A DNA stretch of 64,000 nt from assembly GCA_976226885.1 (NCBI GenBank), contig OZ320319.1:14880001-14944000 (forward strand). The letters run 5' to 3'. Both the position numbers and the translations under genes were made by a program. This document shows, one piece after another, positions 1 to 10,341 of the stretch (position 1 is its first letter; every line of letters begins with the position of its first letter). The notes beneath the pieces are model-generated. The model made no database searches, was not told the DNA's origin, and worked only from the letters and a program-made list of their open reading frames with translations. Source of the DNA: Iphione sp. A-MEVVRFRX5 (Eukaryota).

Positions 1-414
1 ATCTATTCGAGGAGTCTGGTCGCTCTGACTCTCGACACCGACATCTTCTCCATCCTCGTGTACAGGGGGGTCCTCTCCATCCTCATGAACTGAATCCTGC
101 GGCTGCCCATGCCCAGGGACAGGGTCGACATTCTCGTCGATTACCTCTATCACGTCCTCGTCCTCGTCCTCGTCCTCGGACGGTTGGTCGTTCTCCACGT
201 TCACGTCGATCGATATTGTTGGAGGTTGTGGCTCTATCGGCACAGGCTGGTTGTTTTGCGGATTCTGGATAGGTTGCGGCTCGATATTTGGGTCGAGTTC
301 CGGTGGTAGATTCTGGGGGGGACCCTGAGGCGGCTGATCCTGGTTCCCATTCTGGTTCTGGGGAACTCCTTGGTCCTGGTCCGGGTTGATCCCGTTCGCT
401 CCGTTGGCTGCCAT
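1..414 (-). CDS. N-terminal part of a Gag-like ORF of an LTR retrotransposon (runs off the window's left end)
   Basis: ATG at 414 opens 138 stop-free codons: MAANGANGINPDQDQGVPQNQNGNQDQPPQGPP...SEDEDEDEDVIEVID... It lies about 75 nt downstream of the PBS. This frame is missing from the ORF track because it has no stop in the window. No conserved gag motif is visible yet, so the Gag call rests on position. Confidence 0.65.
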   Translation of the reverse strand, partial: MAANGANGINPDQDQGVPQNQNGNQDQPPQGPPQNLPPELDPNIEPQPIQNPQNNQPVPIEPQPPTISIDVNVENDQPSEDEDEDEDVIEVIDENVDPVPGHGQPQDSVHEDGEDPPVHEDGEDVGVESQSDQTPRID

Positions 415-487
415 CACTCATCTAGGCGTAGTTTCGTTTTACTGCTATCAGGAACTCGAAAAGTATGTCTTTTTCTCTCCTTTTCAA

Positions 488-505
488 ATCCCACCGCTGC
501 CACCA
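488..505 (-). promoter_or_regulatory. Primer-binding site complementary to the tRNA-Leu 3' end
   Basis: Plus strand reads ATCCCACCGCTGCCACCA, which I recognise as the 3'-terminal 18 nt of eukaryotic tRNA-Leu including CCA. It lies 3 nt from the LTR end at 509. Confidence 0.9.
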
Positions 506-508
506 AAA

Positions 509-943
509 TGTAACGTGACTAGCGTAGAGAGAAATGAGAAGTCAATGGACCGAGTAAAAATAATCTTGAGAAAAAGTAGAATATAAGTTTCACTCCAATG
601 TACACTAAATCGTTGTGCATGGAATGGTCTCTCTCCTGTGTGCAAAGAGAAAGGGTCTGTTTATTCCAGAAAACATGGGTTTATATAGGACAATGTTACA
701 TAAGAGTCACTAAAAATAGGATGTCTAGACACCTGCTTATGCGCAGTAAATAAACAGTCCGCGAAGTACCCCTACTACGCAGCATTACAATCCGTGAGGT
801 ACCTTTACTACGCAATAACTCTACTGGTCCGGAAGTCGTCACGGACCGCACCCTATCCCGGATCGCGGATTCCATTACGGACCGCTCTCACGGACCAACC
901 ATCCTTCTAGCACTATACGCTCTTATTACATGCATACACTACA
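509..943 (-). mobile_element. LTR of a Ty3/Gypsy-like retrotransposon (upstream boundary approximate)
   Basis: On the minus strand it ends in GTTACA at 509 next to the PBS, with TATATAAA near 680-687, AATAAA near 659-664 and short U3-like repeats at 760-900. Candidate TG starts are at 700, 930 and 943. The partner LTR is outside the window. Confidence 0.7.
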
Positions 944-2689
944 TTCCCATCGGGTCATAAGCCAACATGCGACAAGCCATTGCTACCATCGCAAACACAA
1001 ACAAACACAACAACATCAACATGGCAATCATACATCCCAACACAAGCGGCTCCATTTGGTCCTAGTTCTTCTACAACTCAGCAACTATCCCCCGTAGCTG
1101 CGTTACACCATTACTGTCCCTCCCTCCCAACACCCCTGGTTGCCAGTTGTGGACAGAAATAACTCCCACTCACCGTGACAACGTCGCGAGGCCATTCTGG
1201 CTTCCTGCATCATAGTTCTTTTGTCTTTCAGTTCGTGTTTATCAGTTCAGTTCTCGATCACACTTCTATTCGTAGATCGGCGCCCCTGGTTGCAACTCAG
1301 GTGGCGGTGTCCTGCGGTTGCCTCTCGCCACGCCCATTCGCCACACTATCTGCGCATCTGCCAACGGCATTCGTCCTTCTCGGAGCGCCTGCAGGATCGC
1401 CTCGGTTTTACGCCTTTCGCGACTTAATGCCTCACTCGTCAGCCCCTCGTGTGCTGACGCCTGCGGCCGTCATTCGTTGCCCATGTCTCTCGGCTGTCGC
1501 TTACGTCTGGGGACGGGAACAACAGTCCCTGGTCTCGCCTTTAACCGGCCCTCGGTTGGGTCTGGGGGTACCCTCGCCTGCCGCAGCCGAGACCGTGACG
1601 CGAAGGTCCTCAGCTCCCGCTTCTTCAGCTTCTGTCGTCACCAGCCCCTCGTCAGTCACCTCCACTCTCCTCTGCTTCAACGATGCCGCTACAAGAGACG
1701 CATCAGGATGAGGAGCCACAGCCACCACATCTTGTCTGGGGTCAGACACCCACGGAGGCACCCATCCAGTATGCAAGTGGCGTCCAGGCTGGTCGAAGGT
1801 TTTCGTGACGCACAGATATGATACTGGTGGTGTCGGCAGCAGCCCGTGCCCCTGTCCATGTGGCCTCATCCTACACGCCGGAGTGGAGCGTGTCTGCATG
1901 CCCGCATACGCCACACATCGGTTGGCGGTTTCGGCGACGTCTTCAACGAAAGGGAGATGCGGTGACGCCCACATCCACCTTTCTTTCTAGCAGCACAGAC
2001 GAATCCTGGTCACGGCACCAAAAATATAAACTCAGGTGTAACAAAAGACACCACGAGCAGGTTCTTCAAATCGTCCGGCCTTTATTTCTGAAGCACAGCA
2101 TCACAGGTTACACGGTAGTCTCTGGCGGATCCCGACTAGGGACGCGCACTTCAATCCTTATATACCATCTAGTGACGTAAACAACGCTAACGAAAGTATG
2201 CAAAGCCCGCCACGCTATCACCAGCGGAAGTCTCGTTAGACAGCACACGATTGATCACCCATTGTGTCGACTCCGACCAGCTACAGTATCGCATGCTTTT
2301 ACTGATAATACCTCGTTAATTGTAATGGTCACTTCATTAACAAGATAAGGAACAACCTGTTTACAAGTTAGGCGTCACGTACGCCAAGCGAAAAATTTTA
2401 AACTGCGTTTCCAGTAAAAGGCCCTTCTTGAACTGCGTATATCTGTACACTATATAAACACAGTATGCCCTTTTCTCATGCATACAATCTTAACTCATAT
2501 TAGTACTGTGTTACACATTTACTAACACACTGAGCCAAGTGCACACATAATTGCATGTACATGTATACACCTACAGGTCAAAGCCTCTGGTATCGCATTT
2601 AGACACCCTGCATGCTGTTTGATAGGTTTGCGTGGTCATACATACAGAGGGACTGCAAGTGGAGAATCAGACATGAGAAAGGTCAGAAC

Positions 2690-3967
2690 TGTAGAGGTGT
2701 AAACTGATGAAAGAGCTCTAGAGACTGCAGAGTAGAGGGTCAACTATAATGGTCGCTATTGTAAAGGGAGAGAGAAAGAGACCCCAGAGGAGAGGATCGA
2801 CCATGAGGGGGTCTCTACTGTTGAGGGATAGAGTGATGACAGAGAAACCCCACAGGAGAGGATCAACTATAATGGTCGCTACTGTAGAGGCACAAAGTGA
2901 TGACAGATAGACCCCAAATGAGAGTATTGACCATGAAGCAGATTGCTACTGTACCAGGATAGAGTGATGACAGACAGACTACAGAGGAATGCTGGTTGCA
3001 ATGGCCTGCCCATCTTAATGGCCGATGATCTGGTTGGCCGCCCATGGTTGTATATGGCTGGTATTTTTCCTTAAATATGGCTAACCCTAACCCTAATCCT
3101 AACCCTAACCCTAACCACTACAGGACATACTGACTGACCACCTCGGCCATATAAACCCGGCCATAAGTTACACCGGCTGTTCCAACTGGCACCCCTACAG
3201 AGGAGGGGATTGACCGTGAAGGAGGTTGCTACTGTAGCGGGATAGAGTGATGTCAAGGAGACCACAGAGGAAAGGATTGACCATGCAGAGGTTCGCTACT
3301 GTAGCAGGATAGAGTGATGACAAAGAGATGACAGAGGAAAGGATTGACCATGCAGAGGGTCACTACTGTAGAGGGATAGAGTGATGACAAAGAGACCACA
3401 GAGGAGAGCATCGACCATTAGGGGGTCGCTACTGTAGAGGGATAGAGTGATGACAAAGAGACCACAGAGGAGAGCATCGACTATAAGGGGGGGTCACTAC
3501 TGTAGGGGGATAGAATGATGAGAGAGAGACCACAGAGGAGAGGATCGACCATAATGGTCGCTACTGTAGAGGGACAAAGTGAGGACAAAGAGACACCAAA
3601 GGAGAGGATTGACCATGAAGGGGGTCGCTACTGTAGAGGGATAGAGTGATGATAGAGAGACTACAGAGGAGATTGACCATGAAGGGGGTCGCTACTGTAG
3701 CAGGATAGAGTGATGACAGAGAGAATAAAGAGGAGGGGATTGACCATGAAGGGGGTTGCTACTGTAGCAGGAGAGAATGATGACAGAGAGACCACAGAGA
3801 AGGGGATTGACCATGCGAAGGGATGCTACGTTGCAGGATAGAGTGATGAAAGAGGAGAGGAGTCACCATGGGAATGAATCAAGCATGAGGAGGGTTGTTA
3901 CGGTACAGGGATGGAATCATGATAGAGAGACGACAAGGAGAGGATCAACCACGAACAGAGTTGCTAC

Positions 3968-3968
<1 letters not shown>
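2690..3968. repeat. Degenerate minisatellite, unit about 60-65 bp
   Basis: Repeated unit resembling GAGGAGAGGATTGACCATGAAGGGGGTCGCTACTGTAGAGGGATAGAGTGATGACAAAGAGACCACA. Confidence 0.9.
2989..3194. mobile_element. Small insertion carrying interstitial (CCCTAA)6 telomere-type repeats
   Basis: Interrupts the minisatellite. Flanked by CTACAGAGGA direct repeats (2979-2988 and 3195-3204), with weak subterminal inverted repeats. CTAACC x6 (one variant) at 3081-3116. Confidence 0.55.

Positions 3969-4030
<62 letters not shown>
3969..4030. repeat. (AG)n microsatellite
   Basis: Direct dinucleotide run. Similar runs occur at 9444-9486, 40135-40180 and 40433-40465. Confidence 0.95.
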
Positions 4031-4032
<2 letters not shown>

Positions 4033-7000
4033 GAAGAGAGAGAGTCACGATAGAGAGGGAATTGACTATCAGACCGGTCGCTGCTTTAGGACGATATTGC
4101 AATGAACAAGTGAAGAAAAATGAAAGTAAAGGGACGGAGAGGCAGCCATTTTTGGCGTATTGGTAAACAGAATTGGTAGGAGATCGAGATCAGGTCATTC
4201 ATGAGGGAATGGACTAGCTCACTCAACTCCAAACCTGAGTCACAAAGTAAAGAACCTTTTTCGTAATGATTCCCATGACTAATCCAAACAGAATTTAAAC
4301 CTGTGCTTTTTTCCCGCACTTAGCTCCCGCTCGCAGAGCCTGACATAACGTCGCCGCCTCCCTCTAGATGGCGCCTCCTGTCAGATCGATGCATATTAAT
4401 AAGAGGAGATTTTTTACATCTAGGGTATCGCCGAGCGGATACGGATCTTCGATAAAAGACTAAAAAAAGGATCTTAATGATATCGTGGGGCGTGTGTTGC
4501 ATCATGGGCTTCACGCATCGCGTAATTTCTCCTTTGATTTTTTTTCATATCTCCCGAGTGGAGAGCTCTGCATGTTGAATCATGTTAAAAGATGCGGGTT
4601 GGGAAAGTTCGGAAGTGCACAGGGATTCTAGCCTTGTCGCCAGTAGCGTCGAATTATGCAACATGAGTATGTATGCAGAATCATTTATTATGACTTCAGG
4701 AGGTCTATACATGTTATATGATTGATGTTACAGCTGGAACTATCTGTTAAATATTTTTAAAAGCATTGTTGGCATTACCCATGCATTTCTGATTTGGTAT
4801 AGGCCTATAGAGCGAAGTCCATCGATGCTTTTTGTTGTTTTTTTTAAAACCACAACAACACAAGTTTCTTCAGATTTTGCACTTTATGTAGGAGATATTA
4901 TTATCATGGAGATTATATTATCAAGGTCAAGATCCGCTTTAGAACTACGTTCATGTATACAGGTATCATGCTTTCAATTTTGACCAATTTTCTTCCGTTG
5001 TATTCACTAAAAGTTCGTGCGTCACTCCACCTTGTATTGTGCCAGGTATAAAGCATCATCCATGGAATCAACCACAAAAATCGCTTAAATTACAAAAACA
5101 AAAACATGGAGGGCAAAAGCCTGACAGATTGGAATAAATTGGCCTTGTTATAAATGGGAAGGGTTTGACATTAGATTTTCAAAAGCAGGCCTTCATGGAA
5201 TCACTTAACCGGCTTCAGCGTTTTACCAAAGCAGGGCGGATAGGGCGTGGTCATGGGGAAGAGGACCTTAAAGAACTTCAAATCAACAGAGAGAATACTT
5301 TGCTGCTCAGATTGAACATTTGATTGCTAACTGACAAAAACGTAGCGTTCATTTTATGTGGTAGGGAACAGGGGAAGAAGATGAAACAGGGACATAGTAC
5401 GTAAAGCGGCGTTGAAGAATCATAACTTGAGAGACATTTACACAGAAGTGATCTGAAAGATTTAAATATGTCTAACCAGGGTTATAGGCTTACATATGAG
5501 ACATCTTCAAAGGACTGTAGACCACATACGTAACCTATATTTTTGTAATTTTTAGTTTCATTTTGCAGATACTTTCAAACTACACTTATGTCTTATATTA
5601 CTTCATCTATTATGTACACACAAATTCTTACCTGCTACAAATAATTATGTTCTATCCTACTTGTGCATTCACATGCGTTTCAGTAAAATTGTCAAGCAGT
5701 GCTCAAAAACGACAATGCATGCCAATGCACATGCACCCCAATGCACATCTGGAACACCTCCCAATGACTTCAACCTGTTCTATGAACACACACATATACA
5801 CACACGCTGATGCACACACGACGCACCAGACACAAACACAGATATGGAAACTAGACCTAAACAGGCGAGCTATACAGAGTTTTCTATATGACCAGATTAC
5901 ACGTAAAAGCTAGCTTCAACAGTGCAGTGTATATTATAACGTTTCTAATGACACCGTATTTGGAGGTTTCTTTATTAGAGACTTCTTTTAGTATTTAGCA
6001 GAAGTGTGTACTTCCTAAAACTGTCCTTAATAGCGACATTTATGATAGACCACCACGGCAGAGACAGAACTTTAAGAAACAATGGCCAGGACTCCTTTCA
6101 AGGGGGACAGGAAATGAGAAATATTGCGACTCAAATTCAAAACTCTAACTTCCGAACCAAACGGCCCCTGGACCTAACACAAAAACAGAATGAAAGCTAA
6201 CTGGAGAGGAGTGAGTGAGAGAGAAGCTAGGAAAATGCGAGGTTTCGGAAAGCGATATGCAGTCGAGAAAAGGAAGCGTGCTCTCCAACAAAAAAACTTT
6301 CCGTGAGAAACCGGATACGGTGGAGCGAAAGACAAACCCTCTCCTGATAGCTTCCTCATGATGGCCGGATAGAACCCAGGCCTGAGACTCCCTAGAAAGA
6401 CCCATGGTATGACTCTCTCGTGCAGGTTTCTCATTTTGGGAGTCACCCTAGGGCTCAAACCTCTGCGGAAGGATAGCTGTAAAGGCCGCGCAATTCGTAC
6501 GATTACCGCGGTATTGAAACAATTTTTTTTAAATACTTTATTTTCACTTGACAATATGAAGTACATATAATGTATGAGCTTCCAGTCTTTACTGTTCTTC
6601 GAAATCTATGATCTTTATCATAATGAGATGAACTATTTTCACTGAATAATCTAATGATCGCAACATCATTCTCATGGTCTCATAACTGACTTTTATAACA
6701 ATTAAGTAAGACGACAGTTAAATTCAACATTACCGATTGTTTGAGCCTCTCATTACTTCACGCCCACTGCTTCTTTGTCAATGTTGGCTAACAAGTACAT
6801 GTATTTAGCGAGAAGTTCGATGATGTGATTATTCTATTTGTTCTAATATTTGTATGATTGTTGTGGTAGTGAAAATCGCCAATTAAGGTAAGTCTACAGT
6901 TAAATGCATAATCAAGTTCCCTATTGTTTTGTCAAATCTGCCTTTACTTCACTTTCACTGATTCTTTTTCAATGATGGTTAACAATTACATGTTTCAGTA

Positions 7001-9440
7001 ATGTACAAAGAATGCCATCAATAGAATCCTGTGCATATTCATGGCATTTTAGATAATATTGCAAGAAAAGCTTCGAATAACGCCCGTCGTGCAGTGACAA
7101 TACCTTCATGCATAACGAAGACACATGCACATATCCCATGGACAGTCCTGGGTATTAAAGCAAATTATTGTCTAGTTTCAAATGAACGTGTCAAATTTTA
7201 TGATACACGGAGGGGTTTTCTTCGGTGAAACATGAAATAATTGAAAAAAATGAGCAGAAATGGAAGGTTTGTGAGACATCGACAGTTATTTTTTTCTCCA
7301 TCTGGAGTGAAAGAGGAGGATGCGCGGGTGGAGTATGTGTCACGTGACATAACTCTGCTTGAATGACGGTGAAATAATTTAATGAAACTGTCAGCGGGAT
7401 GGTGAAACCCGTTACAATGATCAATAACTAGGCATGGGCTGTCCCATTCTAACGGAGAGGGGTGGGTGGGAAGGAGGTGCCCCGACCCTAACAAGATGAA
7501 GTATAAATTACTTGGAATTCCAATCAACGCTCGAATCAGAGTGAACTGTAAGCCATTTCAAATAAGGAACCGACAAAGTGCAGACAGCAGCCACGCTTAA
7601 AAAGGACGCATCAAGGAGTCTGGTATTGTTTTCAAATGGCAAATAACTTGGTACAGTCCCATCACTTTGGACGTGAGCACGACTAGGGGACGTCAGTTCT
7701 ATTGCTCACAGTGTGGCAAGTATCAAATTTTCATCTCTCGACGCTCCCCGCGAAGAAGCCCCCCCCCCCCCAGCCATATTTTTACCTAGAGGAAGCAGAA
7801 CCTCCGTATTTTTGCCACCAGATGTCGCTCGGTACTAATGAGCTGAGAGCCTCGGTTTTAAGGAGCCAATAAAAATAGAGAATTTGGTGATTAGGAGGAG
7901 CCTCGATCCGAATAGTATAGAAATTAATGGCGCGCTAGTTGCGCCCCCTTTTAGTCAGCAGTACATTACAGCGGCCTAGACAACCTCGAATTAAAGAAAA
8001 ACTCCTTTCATTTAAAGCGAACATTATAAATTGGGATCCAGAGAAGATCGCTGGGCTTAGCGGGCAGGACATTTCCCAGGCATGGTCGACGGCATGGACA
8101 CACATGTATGAGACTGGTATTAATCAGCACCCATCTGGATCTGGTGGGATGGAAGGAGTCCGCCACTGGGAAACATCCCACTTGTTACTTATTTTTTACA
8201 TGATAAGACACCCTCTAACATAATAGAATAAATAATTGACGAGGCAGGGTGTGAACATATTACCATAATTAGAAAAAGCTAATTTATTAAATATTCGTTT
8301 TTTTCTAGGTAAGGTAAAAAAAGATAAATACGTGTAGTTAAGAAAACATTGGTCGGCTGAAGTTGTGATTCGCCTAAAGTTAGTATACCGAATTTCTGAG
8401 AACATACCATTACAGAACAAATTCCGTCAACACAAACAGAGGAAGTCTTTTAATGTGATTCCCTTTTAGAGTCGGGCTTTACGCTTCCTAGGAAATCACA
8501 GTCAAGCACATTGTCTACAATCCTTGAACCCAGCCTGGGATTCAGCCTGAAGAAATCAAGCAAGGATCGTAAATTTATCTTAATCATCTCTTCTACAATA
8601 ACTCCCATTACATTTCATTGGTGTTTTCCCCGAGGAAAAACCATGTAAGAATGTATTTTGCAGGCCCGCCACATCAAGTACAGCCACCATTGACCACGTG
8701 GTCGTGATTAGGCTTGGAAACACTTGTAACCTACAGATTAGAACCAGTGGCGTCCTCAGGGAGTCGCAAGTCCAGCAGCCAGCAGTTGCAAATAAAACTG
8801 TGCAGGTTGCGAATCATCAGTTACTGCCAGAATCTAGTGGCTCAAACATGAGTTGCCAATTCACTCTTCCTTAAGTCAGAGATGGGCAAAAATTGAGAAA
8901 AAGAGAGGCCTATATGTATACACAATATAAAGAGAGAGACTAGTGGAATCAAAACAAACTCACTGTTTCCAGAACTGTCTTTGTATTCATCAAGCAACTG
9001 CCATTTTACATTCCAAGCTTTCAGGTGAAGTCCTCCCTTCATCAGGGATATGGTGGTTGTGTTCAAGACGCCTCGACTTACAGCCTTTTAAAATAGGCAA
9101 CTACCGTAAGATGAAGTGAATATGTCAAAATTATCATTGGTTTGGTTTTACCGGGCTTTTGAGTTCGCATTAGAATATGCAGGAACTGCCTGATTATATC
9201 CATTCTTCATCTCTGTAACATTTTTCCTGAATTAAAAAATCTAGGAAAAGATTTAAATCTATACACTGATGCGCTACTTTAGATTTTATGACCAACCTAT
9301 GCATTTTTCACAAGGGATTCATATGATACCACTGAAATCTGTATTAAATTAGACTTGTTTACACTTTACTGGCAGCAAGTACCCAGATCTCCCACTTGAA
9401 GAATATGTCTCAAGAGTTCATGTTGTGCTCAAATGTCTTT

Positions 9441-9489
<49 letters not shown>

Positions 9490-9827
9490 AGAGCGTATGG
9501 GATAGGGGTAGTGATATTTATTATTATTATTATTATCTTTATTTCGACTGGTAATTGGTCATACAAACTTAATGTATTTGCTACCAGCATTAATCCGGTT
9601 GTATTACTTAGGCTCTCGTAGGATTATTTACATACGTAACAGTTCATCTCTGCAGCATAACATCCTAGGTGGTTCATCTAGTTCTTAGTGGTCTCATTTC
9701 ATTTTGAGTATGCTCCAATCAAGGAAATTAGGTGTCTGCATTCTTTCCGCATGTTCTTGGAATATGTTGTATATTCTAGTATTTTATAATTGAAATTACA
9801 TCATTTGTGACATTATAACAATTATTA

Positions 9828-10112
9828 GGGTAACACCCATACCATAGCATTCTAACAATTTAACTGTTCTTAGTCTGTCACTGGGTAACACCCATACCGG
9901 CATCACTTAGTAATATTGTATTTAGTAATTATTGGGTAACACCCAGACCAATCGTTCACTAGGTGAATGCAAATATCTCCCATCGGTGGGTAACACCCAC
10001 TCTCAAATCAGCTGATAAAGACTATATTTATTGAGACTGTAATTATTGGGTAACACCCAGACCAATCATACACTAAGTAACTACAAATATCTCCCATCGG
10101 TGGGTAACACCC
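9828..10112 (-). repeat. Six regularly spaced GGGTAACACCC hairpin motifs in the LINE 3' UTR
   Basis: Copies start at 9828, 9883, 9934, 9988, 10048 and 10102 (spacing 51-60 nt). The last four lie within a tandem duplication of about 114 bp. Confidence 0.9.
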
Positions 10113-10341
10113 ACTCATAGTTCAGCAGATAAAGACTATATTAAATTTGTTATTAATTACATAGCAGATCTAAACAAGATTAAATTTAGTAAGGCAGGCT
10201 ACTACTAGGATAACATCCAATTATCAACATATTTTATACCTTGTGTTTTATATTAAGCCACAGTACCATCATGGAGATGGGATACGGTGGGGAGCAAGGT
10301 AATTTTAGTCTCGTCATACATTCTAGTATTTTTTCCAGTTA

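Noticed and set aside
83-421. Track ORF MSDGSQ...RGRGRG as the Gag protein
   Set aside because: It is a shifted reading of the Asp/Glu-rich frame starting at 414, which stays open to the window edge.
6190-6306. Short ORF with a neuropeptide-like GFGKR amidation motif
   Set aside because: Only 38 aa, with no signal peptide, no repeated peptides and no convincing splice sites; likely chance.
8018-8116. Possible 99-nt phase-1 exon (xNIINWDPEKIAGLSGQDISQAWSTAWTHMYET)
   Set aside because: Both splice sites are weak (AAG acceptor, GTATTA donor) and the peptide is unrecognised. Not supported enough to list, though RNA-seq could rescue it.
9828-10112. CRISPR-like repeat-spacer appearance
   Set aside because: Repeats are only 11 nt, spacers are partly duplicated, there are no cas genes, and the context is a eukaryotic LINE 3' UTR.
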